Shown: piece by piece, positions 13,246 to 27,089 of the stretch
Numbering within the stretch: the stretch's first letter is position 1
Layout: the number at the start of each line of letters is the position of its first letter
Notes under the pieces: model-generated
What the model saw: the letters and a program-made list of their open reading frames with translations, nothing else
The model's database searches: none
Told to the model about the DNA's origin: nothing
DNA from: Lama guanicoe
Taxonomy: Eukaryota
Direction: 5' to 3'
Length of the DNA stretch: 64,000 nucleotides
NCBI GenBank assembly: GCA_013239625.1
Contig: MU054323.1
Span: 14,884,029 to 14,948,028 of the forward strand
Made by a program: the position numbers and the translations under genes

Positions 13246-13529
13246 ACTTGCTTGTCAACTTTACTGGGATTGCCCACTTAGGCAGACACTCACATAGCAA
13301 ATGGAGAATGTCTTCTCTTAAACTCAGTATTGTTAGGTCCCAGTGTCCAGACATTTGCTCACATAGCACGGCCTCAAAAAATCCAGGAGGAGCAGACTTA
13401 AGACACATTTATTCACAGTGAACAATGTTGACAGCACAACTTGCCTTCCCTGAAAATTTCCTAAAATGTGGCATAGACATGTTTGGCTTTTACCTTAAAA
13501 ATCTCTCACCCTCCCTTGAAATTAACTTC

Positions 13530-13685
13530 AGTCTGACTTGAAACCTTAATTCATACTTCTGTACTACACTTCTCTGATCTGTAAAATGGGAATATTACTT
13601 ATCTCATATGGCGGTGCTAACGATTAGAAACAAGGTTTTTCAAGTTTCTGATCAGTATTAAGGTCTTAAAAATTGGTAGTTATTC
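13530..13685 (+). mobile_element. MIR fragment
   Basis: atctgtaaaatgggaatattacttatctcata MIR core. Confidence 0.65.
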
Positions 13686-13774
13686 TGATAAAATGAGGCA
13701 TCGTTTGTCCTTTATAGGCAAGGCTGAGTACAAACAAGTGCATATAGAACACAGTAAGTAAAAATAATCTTTAC

Positions 13775-13994
13775 TCTGGAATCAAGCTGTAAAAGGAAGT
13801 GATTCTCTCATTTTCTCAGGAAAAAAAAAATGAATGAAGGAAGCTTCATGTAAAAAGGATGGACTCTTTTAAAGCCAAATTGATCACTCTGATTAGTGGT
13901 GTTTTACTTGGAATGTATCAAGTACTTTTCTCAATGACTTCGAAACATTTCCTACAAGCCCAGGTTCTGCTACTTTGATAGAGATAAAGAAGAG
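13775..13994 (-). pseudogene. Pseudo-exon, 220 nt, phase 1->2
   Basis: aacag| ... CCA GA|gtaaag; LLYLYQSSRTWACRKCFEVIEKST*YIPSKTPLIRVINLALKESILFT*SFLHSFFFS*ENERITSFYSLIP; all three stops are TGA. Confidence 0.6.
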
Positions 13995-14599
13995 CTGTTA
14001 CTATCATTTGATTAAAGCTAACACAAAGTTGTTAGTGACATTTTTTAAATCCTACATTTAGAACAGGTAGAGTCAGGCTTATAATCCCAGATTTCCAATC
14101 GCTAGGTATAATGCACTTTCCATTAAAACACTATATACTGCAGTAGACAAGGTTATGGTCATGACTTAAAGACATGGAAAAAGAGTCAATCTAGTGTTTA
14201 CAAACATCCACATGTTTGGCATTTGGGCAAGGAATTTTTTAAAACTCTATTATGACTTTTTGTTTGTTTTTGTTGAGATTACTTTTCATCTAGATTTTTG
14301 CATTGGGCATATGGCCACAATCACTTGGAATTATCAAATTCATCTAACCTCTGTAACTCTTATTTTTCTATGATGTCTGATTGTTTCACCCTTCAGCCTT
14401 TTAACTATAAGAAATGTTGACTTATGAGATCATATTATATATCCCTTCTATATCTAAATACTTTTTGAGGAAATGCTCAGGTTTAAATCTGAAGGCCAGT
14501 GAAATTAATATGACTTGAAAAATTATTTAGTGGCTATAATAATTTTAGTACACAGTATATATTTTGATCTGGAAATAAAGCTGGAGTCAAGGGTCATAA

Positions 14600-15420
14600 A
14601 AAGAAACCCTGTTTTGAAGAAGCCCTAGAAAAGGGGGGAGAAATGAAAGGTCTAGATGCAATAGCACTCGTCTTTGAATGGAATGAAAAATCTGTGTGAC
14701 TAGAAGACAGAATATGAGAACAGTGGGAAGTAAGGAGGTTGGGAGGTAAATGAGGTCATGGAGAACATGTGAAGATAATGAATTCATCCTCAATGGAAAT
14801 GCACTTAAGAACTTTGAGTACCTGAGTTATTAAACAGTATTTGCAGATTAAAATATTACTCTTGCCATATATTGATGACAGGAAATGTAAGAACTTATTT
14901 AAGGATATCAATTTTGAGACTATTTTAGCAATTTAAGTGAGAGAACACAGTCTTAACTACTCTAGTGGCAAGGAGGACTAAGGATGGTAGAAAAAAATTA
15001 AGAAATATTTAGGAGGTAGATTCAAGTGGAATTGGGAATGTGCTAGATGCTGCAGGAGTGAAAGAACTGCAGTCATGATGTCATTATTATCTCTGTTCTA
15101 ACTTGGTTAAGAAAAAGGATAATGGTGGCATTTTCAGCAAGAAATAGGTTTTGGGAATTTGGGAAGTAAACAAAGAGTTCAGCTAAGATATACAGAGAGT
15201 AAGTTGCCTGCAGGAAACATGCAATATGGAAAGGAAATTCAGGAGAGAGGTTAGGGTTCCTTATATAGCAGAGAGGGAGGGAGTGCCAACAAAATACGGA
15301 CAATTTAAACCATGAGAGTTTTGCACAATACAAAGTGAGAAGAGAGGTAAGTTCTGAGTAATATCGACACTTCAGGATAGAGATGAGATTCAAAGTGAAG
15401 AAACAAGAATTAGTCTGTGA
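14600..15420 (-). mobile_element. L2 fragment
   Basis: Purine-rich reverse L2: gagactattttagcaatttaagtgagag, atatttaggaggtagattca, ggaaattcaggagagaggttaggg. Confidence 0.65.
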
Positions 15421-15497
15421 CATAAGGGAAAACTCTTCCATTATATCATTTTTTAATCTGAAATACCAAAACTACCAAGAATTTTAAGAATAATTAC

Positions 15498-15984
15498 AGG
15501 CAGTTATCAGAGCTTTGTTGAATTGATAAATCTCTGTCTCAAGATAGGCATCCAACAAAAGGGAATCCTCAGTAAATTATGTTGTAAGTTGCTAGCATAC
15601 AACTAAGTTTACTCTTGGCTGTACTGCGCTTCACATTCTGGTCCTATAACTAATGAAGTCCTTAGCTGGTCAGTGAACTGTTCTTTAACAAATTGTGATG
15701 CGATAAGGAGCTTGTGCCAAAATGTAAATCAACTAAAGCATGCAAGGAATATAAATCAACTGTTTGGCTCAGACCACATTTGGAAGGTAGGGGATATATA
15801 AGACTTTCTAAACGAAGGACGTAGTGTTGGTATATATTCCATTCCAGCACACTCTGATCTCATGATGGATCAATAAGATAGTTATCAGATTACCAGGCGA
15901 GCAGCACTGCTGAGAAATTTCCTTTCCATCCTTGATGGAATAGTTTGGATCAGACCAAATTCTCTGCTCAGAGCTACTAAGAAA
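15498..15984 (-). pseudogene. Large pseudo-exon with stops and two inferred frameshifts
   Basis: ttttattcag| ... GCC T|gtaatt; segments AENLV*SKLFHQGWKGNFSAVLLAW*SDNYLIDPS*DQSVLEWNIYQHYVLRLESLIYPL..., WHKLLIASQFVKEQFTDQLRTSLVIGPECEAQYSQE and TEDSLLLDAYLETEIYQFNKALITA. Confidence 0.65.
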
Positions 15985-16945
15985 CTGAATAAAATATTTT
16001 AAGAGGAAGAATTTCCACACATCAGAATACAACCAAGGCAGCTCAAACTTGAAGGACCAAGATCCCTAAGGAAAGGAAACACAATGAAATTAGTCCTGTA
16101 TTTATCATTTTACTCACTCAGAGCATTTGCTGATTTTTAAGCCTCACACATGCTGGACAAGAGGCCAAGAAAGCACAGAAAGAACCAGTTTCTAAGAGAT
16201 GACAGTCTAAGCAGAGTTTTAAAGCAGTGTCACTGTAGTAAGGAAACAAACACTTGAGCTCGAGAACTCCCTTTAGGATTATAAGAATTAAATGAGACAG
16301 TGCATCTAAAGTCCCGGGGGACTTTTTCTTCCCAGAGAAGAAAAAGAAAGTATGCTTACTCAGGAGTGTGGAGGGTCAGGGAGATGGAACAAGAATGCTG
16401 TATACTATTCTGGAGGGCAAAGGAGAAGATATTTTCCAGAAAGGCAGAAAAGTTCCAAGTCCCCAAATCACAAAAATATTACAAACAAAAAAGAAAATGA
16501 ATGGATCCCTAGTTCAGACAATTAAGAATTCTTTGGTAAGAAGTGTCAATGAAATACTAGAGATAGAAAGCGTATTATTAGGACTGAGTGGGAGCATAAG
16601 TAGGAAATATGAAGCACTCCTGAAAAGTTTAATAATGAAAAAGAGTACATATTTGTGATATGGTGAGTTATCGATCCCCTGACCTTTTTTAACTACTTTA
16701 AACTTACTAGCAAAGCAATTTAAAAAATCTTTCCACTCCTTTTTCCACAAAGGAGAGCCATGTTTACAAGTGGGTTAAAAAGTATGAAGCTTTCAAAATA
16801 AAGGAGAAATTATCTTTCAGAAAACTGATTCCAATTTTCACTTTTCTAACCACTATATGGTACTGCCAGAAAATGACTATCTTAAAGTTAAAAGAGCTTA
16901 TTCTCTATTTTGTGATTGAAAAAAAAAACTTTTCAATATACATAC

Positions 16946-17154
16946 ATTGCTTTTACAATTTAAAAAATATAGATATGTTAGCTAGGGAAAAGATTTTATA
17001 AGATCCAATATCAGTTCCTTTCCAACAGATTATTTTGTATTTTTTGAGCTCTTCAATGTCAAAGATATAACTGGTGACTAAAGATGTTTCATTCTCATGC
17101 ACAAAAGACGACTTTTCCAAAGAACTTCACAAGCATACACTTGTATTTTCTTGC
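16946..17154 (-). pseudogene. Pseudo-exon, 209 nt, phase 2->1
   Basis: aatctcag| ... CAA T|gtatgt; QENTSVCL*SSLEKSSFVHENETSLVTSYIFDIEELKKYKIICWKGTDIGSYKIFSLANISIFFKL*KQ. Confidence 0.65.
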
Positions 17155-17252
17155 CTGAGATTAATGTTTATAGAAAGTAGATGGATCATTATCAATGGTA
17201 CAAATCTACGACACTGAAATGACATTGTCACATTTAAATAAATAAAACATAC

Positions 17253-17331
17253 TTGTAAGCATACAATTTTTTACAGAAATGAGGTTCTTTCATTTGATAT
17301 TTTAACCCATTTAAGAGGAGCCTTTTCTCAC
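17253..17331 (-). pseudogene. Small pseudo-exon, 79 nt, phase 1->2, open
   Basis: gtgctag| ... TAC AA|gtatgt; EKRLLLNGLKYQMKEPHFCKKLYAY; followed by a 98-nt intron to the next exon in matching phase. Confidence 0.6.
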
Positions 17332-18473
17332 CTAGCACGAGTTAACAAATTTATTAATGATATTTTAATTAATCATACACACTGTTAAATCATTAAAGAT
17401 TATTCATAGTACCAACACTACCAACATCTGACATGGAAAAGGTAATTTAATGTCTTAACTGTTTGTTGAAATAATTATGCAATATGTGAAAAATACTTAA
17501 TTGGGGTCATGATTTAGAAAGGTGGAATGACATATGGGTGTGCTCCCTTTCAAAGCCAACAGCAATGACACAATAAAAAATAAGACCAAAATAAGTCAAA
17601 AGAAAATCAAAGTCAATTGCCATTGTATTTAAGAAGTAAATGGCTTTTTACTGGCTTTTTTCTGTGCCCTATTTTAACTTTGATATTATCAATAATGACT
17701 ATTCTTTTTGTAACAGATTGTTGGTACATACTTTCTGAACTATAAAAAAAAGAAGTTTAATTAGGGGAAAGTATTTCAGTACATTAATCTCTGGACTTGT
17801 AAATTCCTAGTAAAATGGAGACCCCAGAATTTTTAAATAGCTTTGAAGTATTTTCCATCTCCTTTCATTTTCATTCTTCCTATTTTCCAGTTCTGAATGT
17901 CTCCTGGCATAACAAGGATTTTAAGAGCCCCTTAAAGAAATACATTCCCTGAATCTGGGCTCAGACCTATCTACATGAAGCCTACCAAAATTTACCCCTT
18001 GCTTTCTCCATGCATACTCAGATAGTTAATCTATTAAACTAAATCTTGTTAAAAGCATTAGTGAGTGATTGCAAATCCTTTAGCTATTCTTTCATTGCAT
18101 TCAATTCAACACAAATTAATAGTTATTTTTTTTGCCAGTCACTGTAATAAAATTCTGAGCACATACAGATAAGTAAAATGAAATGTCTCTCCTCAGTAGT
18201 TCTCAGACCAAGAAGCTATTAATAAACAACGTAGCATATGATAAACATTATCCAAGAAAGCATGGAAAAATAGGGTTGCAAAGAGGAAAGAATACTCAGG
18301 TCCCTCTGTGAGAAAGCTTTTACTTCTACCTGACAGGTGTACTCTTAGAAATTTCATAGCTCTACAGTATGAGGAAATAGTAGTCGGGCAGAAGAAAAAG
18401 ATCTTGCAGGATAAAAGGCATTTCTGTGGTCCTCACACCACACCACACTCGGTATAACATTCTGCCTACTTAC

Positions 18474-18594
18474 TCCAGATGACGGTATTCTCAAAAGCCT
18501 TGAAAATAGCTAGCATTGGGCTATGCACAGCTTACTGATACACAGATAACATGGAAGAAGAATTTTCCACATTTATATCTTGAAGACATAATGC
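18474..18594 (-). pseudogene. Pseudo-exon, 121 nt
   Basis: ccttttctgacag| ... TGG A|gtaagt (strong sites); phase-0 reading ALCLQDINVENSSSMLSVYQ*AVHSPMLAIFKAFENTVIW; an alternative frame is possible. Confidence 0.65.
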
Positions 18595-18871
18595 CTGTCA
18601 GAAAAGGTGTCTGTGCCAGCATGGATGGGCTGTTTGTAATTATTGCCCAGTTCACTTCTTGTAAAAGAAACTGATTTTCTCTCAGACTACTGCTGAGAAG
18701 GAATACCCTATATTCCAGAGAAGGAACACTCTGCTTTTCTGCTGCATAAGGGTAACTGACAGACAAGTGGGGAGGCCCTAATTCAAGGACAGTTGGGCTC
18801 AGGGGGGCTGTGGGCTGTGTGCTACACATACCACCTCAGAAAGCTCATGTGCACCATCACCCCACTCTTAC

Positions 18872-19269
18872 TTTGAACTGAAAGAAGTTAACGAGATTTT
18901 GGCAGTTGGTTGTGAGAAAGAAGCTGGGAAATGCTGTGGGGAAAAACCTGGGTCTGGGCAAGTCAAAACCATGTACGATGCACAACAGAACTAAGCGTTT
19001 GGGTAAGATGAGGAGGAAGCTGCTTGCCAACGAAACAGAATGAAGTAATTGTGTTGATAATCTTGATTCATGCTACACCAATACCTAAATCCTACTGCCA
19101 AAACTCCTTTGAGGCCCTGTGAATCCAGAACTACCTCTCAGCCACCGCTTTCTTGAAGCCTTAATTTGTTAATTTCCATTCCAATAGTTCAATGATTCCA
19201 TATGCATCTTTATGGTAAGATATTTCATAAACTACGTATGTGGATTTTTGTGCCATGATTCCACATAGT
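18872..19269 (-). pseudogene. Pseudo-exon, 398 nt, frame ambiguous
   Basis: Strong acceptor tttcttctgtttccag| and donor AAA|gtaaga. One frame reads LCGIMAQKSTYVVYEISYHKDAYGIIELLEWKLTN*GFKKAVAER*FWIHRASKEFWQ*... Confidence 0.55.
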
Positions 19270-19599
19270 CTGGAAACAGAAGAAACCAAGGTTTCTTGGA
19301 CTCCAAATTAGAAGAAGGCAACAATAATTTACAAATAATTATGATGTTAATAGAATGCTAATGACATTAAAATATACATGGATAAGTGGAGGAAGTTTCC
19401 AATGCAGGACAGAGTTAAAAACTAAATTGAAAGAAAACAGCAATCAAGGATGAACACATTTTCTTTGCTTTTTCCTGAGGGAAGAACACAAGAAAATAGA
19501 GAAAGAACTCCGGATTATTCCATATTTGTTGAAAAACACTATAAAAATACTTAAACAATTACTAAACTAAGTGAAAATGTGCCTCTTAAGTAAAAGAGA

Positions 19600-20260
19600 T
19601 CACCTTGGCAAAGCTTAATCCCTGCCCCCTACTACCTTGAGGGTGGACTAGACTTGGCAACTCACTTCCAAAGCCTAGAGTAGGGTATGGGAAAAACAGT
19701 AACTTTACAGTGCAGAAACCTGACAGACACTGTCTTAGTGACAAAGTAAGTAATATTATGTGAATGTTACGTGCCCCCCCTTATATCATGGGATAAGAAG
19801 GGTGCTTGACCTATGCTGTAGTCTTCCCAAGTACCCAAAACTCCAGTCTTATGAGAAAAATAGCAGACAAACACAGACATGGGGACATTCTACAGGATAC
19901 CTGGCCAGTACTTCCATAAATTGCCAAGGTTATAAATCAAGCAAAGACTGAGAAACTATCACAGACCCGAAGTGACCAGGGAAACTTAGTAACTAAATGT
20001 AATACAGTGAAGTGTAATGTAAAACAGAAAGATCACATTAGGAGAGGGCATTAATATAAAAACTGGTGAAATCCAAATAAAGTCTAGAATGTAGTTAACA
20101 GTAATATACCTGTATCAGTGTTCACTTTGACTAAATGAATTATGGTAATAATAGACGTTAACAATTGGGGAAATTGGGTAAAGAGGTAAAGAGAATATGT
20201 ATTATCTTTTCGTCTTCTCTGTGACTCAGGCATTATTCAAAAATAGATTATTTTAAAAAG
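19600..20260 (+). mobile_element. L1MC/L1MD-type 3' UTR
   Basis: gactagacttggcaactcacttccaaag, gggacattctacaggatacctggccagtact, aaaactggtgaaatccaaataaagtct. Confidence 0.75.
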
Positions 20261-20684
20261 AGAGACATCCTGGGTTTTTTCCTTTAGTATTTTGTTTATT
20301 TGATTTTGAATCCTTTATCTGGTTCTGCTCCAGATTTTTAAGATAAAGAGATCCAAGAACTGTCATTGTCTCACTTCCTTAATCCTGATCTAGTAATCAA
20401 TTAACTTTTCTTGCTATCGGTTTTCCAGTATGTGTCCCATTACTATTTCTAGATTCGACAGCAGACTGGAGGAGGGCTAAAACAAGAGTAGGATGAATTG
20501 AGAGCCCACAGGAGCTGAACTGTTCATTGCCACTCTCATTCTCAGAAGACCATTTCTACTGCCTATAATTTGAGATTGTAAGCTATGACATAGCTACAGA
20601 TTCTAAAGTTTCTATAAAAATGTTTTACTTGTGCATTAAAAAATAAATATAATTAAAACAAATGGCAGGTTGTAGGCCATTTAC

Positions 20685-21312
20685 CTATAAAGTAATGTCT
20701 GCTTTTGTGTACTACTTGATAAATCTCTTACTGTATTTAAATTGTGTTAGCTATTCAACAAAGTACTCTAGCAAAGAATCAAACTAAACTTTTAAAAATG
20801 TATAGTCTTGAATATTTGTTCCATGATTGCTACTTCTAATTAAATTATTCTGTGTTGGAAACCTCTGTGCCACACTTTTTATTGTTGATAATGCTGTCCA
20901 ACTGAAAGATGGTTGCCAGTACTCCCAAGGTATCAATGAAACAGATGCCAGTCTACGTTACTAGTCTAGTGACATCAGGGCACAGCCAAGGAAGTACCAC
21001 CTCCCAATATGTTTTATAATTTGGATCAAAAGCCTTCAATATTTACTTCCAAACCCAGTATAGCAAGGAAATACAAGTGCACTCTTTGGCAATGCAATGC
21101 ATACAGTAAAAAGAGAAAAACCAATCCTTCTGCCACTATTCCAAGTGTCAACTCTTTGTGCCTCCAGCCCCAACCCTCTTCCACCCCCGCCAGCTTATAA
21201 ATTGCTCTTTGAAGAAACTGGGTCATTTGCCCTTTGGATTTCACACAGGCTGGGTTTTGCAAATTGCATTCCATGGTGTTGTTTAACATGTTCATCCAAA
21301 CTGCCCAACGAT
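20685..21312 (-). pseudogene. Large pseudo-exon, frame ambiguous
   Basis: caattcag| ... TAG|gtaaat; overlaps ORF 21026-21295; protein-like stretches in more than one frame (ILKAFDPNYKTYWEVVLPWLCPDVTRLV; GFSLFTVCIALPKSALVFPCYTGFGSKY). Confidence 0.5.
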
Positions 21313-21379
21313 CTGAATTGCTTCCGTAAAATTAAACTTACTTATATCAGCTATTTTGGTCATCCTAAACTATAGTTCG

Positions 21380-24300
21380 TACAGTAAAGGAAGACCAGAC
21401 AAATTCTTGATTCTCTTTATCAGGTTTTCAAAAATAATGAAGTGGTTTCCTAGCATTCTCTAAATGTGTTAATGAGCTTTCTGTTTTTTTAATTACCCTT
21501 ATGATGATGGACTAAACTACATTTGAAATGTTTTAATCAACTTCTGTTGTTGATGTATTCATATTCAAATTGACCCAAATTTGGTCAGTGGATCCTACGT
21601 AAGTTGGTTTCTGAGTCCTTTCACCCAATTCAGAACTCCTTGATAGCCTCCTTTTTTCCTGGTAATAAAGTTCTCCAGATGCATTTCAGAATTTCCTAGA
21701 TCTGGAATCAGCTATTTCTTTAGAATCCTACTTCCTTTTAATAAAATATGATTTTTAGAGATCACAACCCAAGCACTATGGTTAGTCATTGTTTCTAGAC
21801 CTTTTTGGTGAAAAGGGCCAGGAAATAAATAATTTGCAATTAAATATTTCTTGAGTTCAAGCAGGTTTTTCTAATTTAGAACTTTTGGAATTTTAACTTA
21901 ACATTTCTTTAATTCTGTATATGTTTATTTCCCATTCTGAAAATCTCAGTTCTCTATGACACCAACCTAGTTCTTTTTTTTTTCCCCGCTCCATCACACG
22001 CTACAAATATAACAGTCTCAGAATCACAATACCAACATTATACCAACACAATTATTGAAGAAAACACTTTTAAGATTTTTGTTCTTTTTGTCCTCAAGTT
22101 TATACCACCTAGGATGTGGTAATTTAAAATAATTCCTGGATACAGAGTTACAGTTACCTGTTCCCTTTGCCTTTTAATTTTTAGGAATTACTATAACTAA
22201 ATTACTTTATAATTATGTAAAATATATACAATTTTCAAAAATAAAATCCACAAAACAAATTACCTTCAGGAAAATCCAGCTTCTTTGTGCTTTCTCCTCT
22301 ACTACACTTCCTAATTATCTTTACAATTTATTTATACTTTTAAATTCATCTTTGCATTTTAATATTTAAAAGGTATATATATATATATAGTTATTCATCT
22401 TTTGTTAGAAGGGTAGACATATTAATATATGCTAGATATGTGAATATATGTAATTTTCTTCAACATGCTGTTTTCACTAAAAACTGAAATATGGAGATAC
22501 CACCATAAAAGTATTTAGAGATAGCCTTTATTTCTTTTTCCAGCTGCTAATTACTTCATTCCGCATTATAACAACATTGTTGGAGCTGTAATTTGTTAAT
22601 GAACACAAAGCTGTTTTCTATTCCTTTGCTAATACACACAGATCTATAATAAAGGGTCTTGTACACACACACATATATATATATATACACATATATATAT
22701 GTATATTCATACTAATGGGAGTGGGATAAATTCCTAGAAATGGAATTGCTCAGTTAAAAGATAAATGTACATACTTTTTTAAAAAAGTTTTAGCCAAATT
22801 CTTTCTTTTAGGGAATGGATTGTAACATTTTTATATACACTTAAGCAATATACCCAAGTGCTTACTTCTACTACTTCACTAACAGAGTGTATTATCAAGC
22901 CTTCAGATTATTGTCAATGTGATAGGAGACACGTGATAGGAGAACCCTTTGAAATTACCTATAAATTAGTGTTGGGATTATGTGTTAGGAGAAACCCATT
23001 TTGAAATTACCTCGAATGTTGCATTTGAGGAGAAGTACTCTAATCTTTATATTTTCTAAGCTAAAAGTCTTTTTAGAATTTCAATCTTAATTAAAATCAC
23101 TTTGGGTAAGCATTTTTCCCAGAAAAGTAACCATTTTATATATAGAATTTTCAAAAGGCTCTGCATAGGCATCTGTAATGTAGCCTTATATTTTTAAGTA
23201 ACTTTAACATATGTAACTTCTCTTTTCTCTTGATTATTTAGTCAGACTTTTTATGGTTTCTAAATTCTATCAAAGAATTCTTCATTCCATTTATTAGTTC
23301 AACAGTTTTCACTACATTTTTAGTTCAACAGACCTTTTTAGGTATAATTTGTTTTTATATAAACAATGTTTTCATGTTTATTAATTTCTTCTTTCCTCTT
23401 TTTATTTAGAATTATTTCACTGTTATTTTGTATTTTACTTTTTTGAATTCAGTGTCAAGGTATTTAACTTTTTCACTTTATTTATCTGTTTTAATGTCAT
23501 AAATTTTCTCTGGTAATTCATTTATATTCAAAAGTTTAAAATACATTCTATATTTTATTCTTACGTTCAACAAATTCTGAAATATTGGTCTAAATTTTCT
23601 ATGTAATCCAAAAGTTGGTTGAGAATAAATCTTTAAATATCCAGGAAAAAAAACACTTCAAAATTATTTATTAACTAACAATTTTATTGAACTTTGGTTA
23701 TGAATGCTGCTTATGTTACTTCCATTATTTGGAATTTTCTGAGGTTCCTTATGGTGCCTAAGACACACTCAATTTTTATGCATATTACCTATTTGCAAAA
23801 GAGGTGTGGTAAGAATTATTTTTGTCTACTTGACTTTCACAGATTGAAGGAATCTATTAAAGTCAGCTTCTACCATTAGTATCCTACTGTCTCTTTCGAA
23901 TTACATATTTGTATCTATTTTAAGAAAGCTGTTGCATTGTTATAGGATGCATAATTATTAATAACTATTATACCTTTACTGTACTTTATATTAAACAGCA
24001 ATACAAAACTCTCTTTTTGTATGTCTTGATCTGAATTTTATGATGATAAACATCAAGGTTGTGGCCTTTGTCTTCTTTTTATCTGAATTTATCTGATGTA
24101 TCTTTCTCCAAGTTTTTACTTGTAATCTTTCCAAACTTCGTTGCTTAGTATATATCTTCTATAAATTATAGTTTTGCATTCTGCTTTGTTTTTCAGTTGA
24201 AAGCCTGTTTCCCTTTTTATATGTGGGTTAAACTTACTTACATCTACTGATATGAGTGAAGTATTTCATCTTAGTATTGTCATATTTGTCTGATACATGC

Positions 24301-26520
24301 ATGGAAAAAAAGACTGCCTATATGTGTGTCACTTCCCTTTCTCTCTCTTCTTACTTTGGCAGATCTTTAGTTACTTAAATAGGTTATTTGAACATTTTAA
24401 AGTATGTTTTTAAAAATAGGGCATTTTGTCCTAATGGTCACTTTTATTGTAATATCTTTATTATAATATCATTAGTCCCTTCTTTTTGTTATTTCTGTCT
24501 TGGTTCCCTGCTATGAAAATATTGAAAGTAGCTACTCAACTCATTCTTTCCTTTACCTTCTCTTTCATTCAGGACTTAATCTGAAGCAATAAGTGAGCTT
24601 AATCTACTTTCCATATAGTCTCCCCATTTCTCCCTCATTTAAAAAAGTTATGTTGAATACACACTATCAGAGCATATACTATTATAGTAAGTCTAGAATA
24701 CATGTTGTGCAACCTGTATTATACAGTGTATATATTACCAGAATACATATTATTACACATGATCTTCACATATACATCATTTTATTTCACTTACAAGAAA
24801 AAAGTATATTGACTGTTTACTAGATGTCATTATGTTAATACCTTTCCAGTCTTTGGTTGTCTAAATTGATTTGCCAAAAGTAGATTCCTCAGTATGGGCT
24901 CCTGAGAATAATATTCCCTAGTGTCATGCATGTTCACTGTATGTCATATACGTCTTTATATTTGAATGTTTTTCTTTTTGTAGATACCTCAGTATCTACA
25001 AATGTCTTCTGGGGAAATTTCTGCTCTTAAAAGTCTGATGTGAATCTGATTTTCCTTCCTTTATAGGTGACTTGTCCATTTTGTCTATTTTATTTTTCTT
25101 TAAAATTTTTCTGGTGTTGGCTCCTCGGAATACACTATTCAGTGTGACATTTCAAAACGTAAGTTTAAGTCTTCCGTATGTAAGTTTATTTAATGATTTA
25201 TAATTTTTAATATTGTTAAATTTGTATATTTCCTGGGTTTTGGTTTTCTATTCAGACTTCTATTACACAAATGTGGGAACAGATATATGTACAGATATAT
25301 AAATAGATAAAGATATATATTATCTTATCCACTTTCAAATCCTTTTATCTATTTATCTAACTCATTTTGATTAAATAAAAAGATATTTCCTCCACTCAAT
25401 CTTCTATTTTTTGACATGTTTGTTCTAGTGTTTCACTAGTTCAGTCTTTATTTCTGAAATAGTTTTGCTCTGATTTTTAATTCTCTTCAGAGCTCTATTA
25501 GCTCTCCTTAGAACTAATTTTATATTTTATCATATCATTTCAGAATTTAACTAATTATAAATTATGCTTTTTTTCATTATGTCTATCATCTTGAATTTTA
25601 CATGATAATGTACTATGTTAAAATTTTCATCTTTTGGGGTGCATGTAGTTCTTTTATAGTTTCATAGTCTATAAACCAGTCTTTTCTCATTGTTATCACT
25701 GTTTATAATAATGAATTTTTGTAGGATTCAAACAAAATCCCTTTATGTTTGATATGAGATGAGCTCTTTTTGGAGTGCTGTCGGAGAGAAAAATTTAGGT
25801 TAGCTCTCGTGATTATTCTTCTGAATATTAAAAGCTATCAGTAATAGCTTGGCTACCTTCATAGCTATCATGCAATAGGGTCTTTTGCCTTCTGAGATCT
25901 TCTCATCTTTCTTCCATGCACCCTCTATTATCTGGCTCTTCATTGTCTTCTGCCCATAATATCTCTTTTATTCAATTTAGATTCTACTCCCAGCAATTTC
26001 TCTTCTATATGTAGTTTGTCTGGGAAGCAAGCTTACGTTATTAGTTTCCAAAAATCAATTGGAACCATACCACTTGGCTTTGTCCAACCTTTTTGTATTC
26101 TCTTTACAGTCACCTGTGAATTGGAGCCTGCACTGCTATACAGTTTGCTATTCCCATATTGATTCCCCTACACTTTCCACACTGAGGGAGAACCCCTCAA
26201 TTTGGGGAAGATAATTGGTTGTGACTTAGTTGTTAGATTGTCTCTCAAGATCATCGAATCTCCCTTTGCTCTTCCCACTTCCTCCTATACAACTGTTCAT
26301 ACAACAGTTGGGTCTTACTGCTATTAGCAGTTTGGCTCCAAAGACTATTATTTGGGAGTTTATTTTGTCACTTCGTTTTTTGAGTGCTATCTATGTAATT
26401 TAATTTTTTGATTATGGTTAGTTTTGTTTTTGCTGTTTTATGAACTCAAATACCATGTTTTTGAGAGTGAAAATAGAAATTATGGAGATTCAAAAAATTT
26501 ACTTTTGCCATCTTCTTATT
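21380..26520 (-). mobile_element. Old L1 fragments (3' UTR, ORF2, ORF1/5' region), reverse orientation
   Basis: T-rich; ctggaatcagctatttcttt, ggataaattcctagaaatggaattgct, aagtctgatgtgaatctgattttccttcctttataggtgacttg. Confidence 0.7.
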
Positions 26521-26821
26521 ATGAAGCTCTTCTACTTAAAATTTAAATTGAATATATTAGACTCTGAAAACTCAGAAAACTAAAATATTTTCTTTTCACC
26601 ACAATATAAAACAAATTTTACTGCATTTCATATTTTCAATGGATTCACAAAAACATACTAAAAGGAAGTAAAAGAGAATACTGAGAAATGACAAGCATGT
26701 GTGGACCTGAAAAACATATGTCAAAAATAATTGATATGGAAAGATATTCAAAGCACCTTTAAGAAATTTTAAATGAAGCAGTAGGCAAAAATCACAGATT
26801 AAAAAAAACTATTTAAGTTAC

Positions 26822-27089
26822 CTGATGTTTTTATTTAGGCATGCTGTTCTGCCTTATTAATATTCATCATGAAAAGTTGTATCATTCTTTTCTAATAGTA
26901 AGGTCCACAATATAAAATCTAAAGTTACCAATCATTTTCCAGCCATCATGACATGTTCTACTTTCAAGAAATGATTTTGTTCAGAATAAGCTAATTTCTA
27001 AACAATGTATTAGAAACAAATACATTCAAACCTCTCAGGACACTCATCATTTTCTCAAGAATCTATAAAATCCCATTACCTGATGTAGA
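26822..27089 (-). pseudogene. Pseudo-exon, phase 1->2
   Basis: cttctttttcttcag| ... ATC AG|gtaact; ...ENDECPERFECICF*YIV*KLAYSEQNHFLKVEHVMMAGK*LVTLDFILWTLLLEKNDTTFHDEY**GRTACLNKNI. Confidence 0.5.

Noticed and set aside
18760..19200. Possible old LTR, suggested by higher GC content
   Set aside because: No TG...CA termini or TSD found. Strong splice sites at 19269 and 18872 fit an exon of the pseudogene better.
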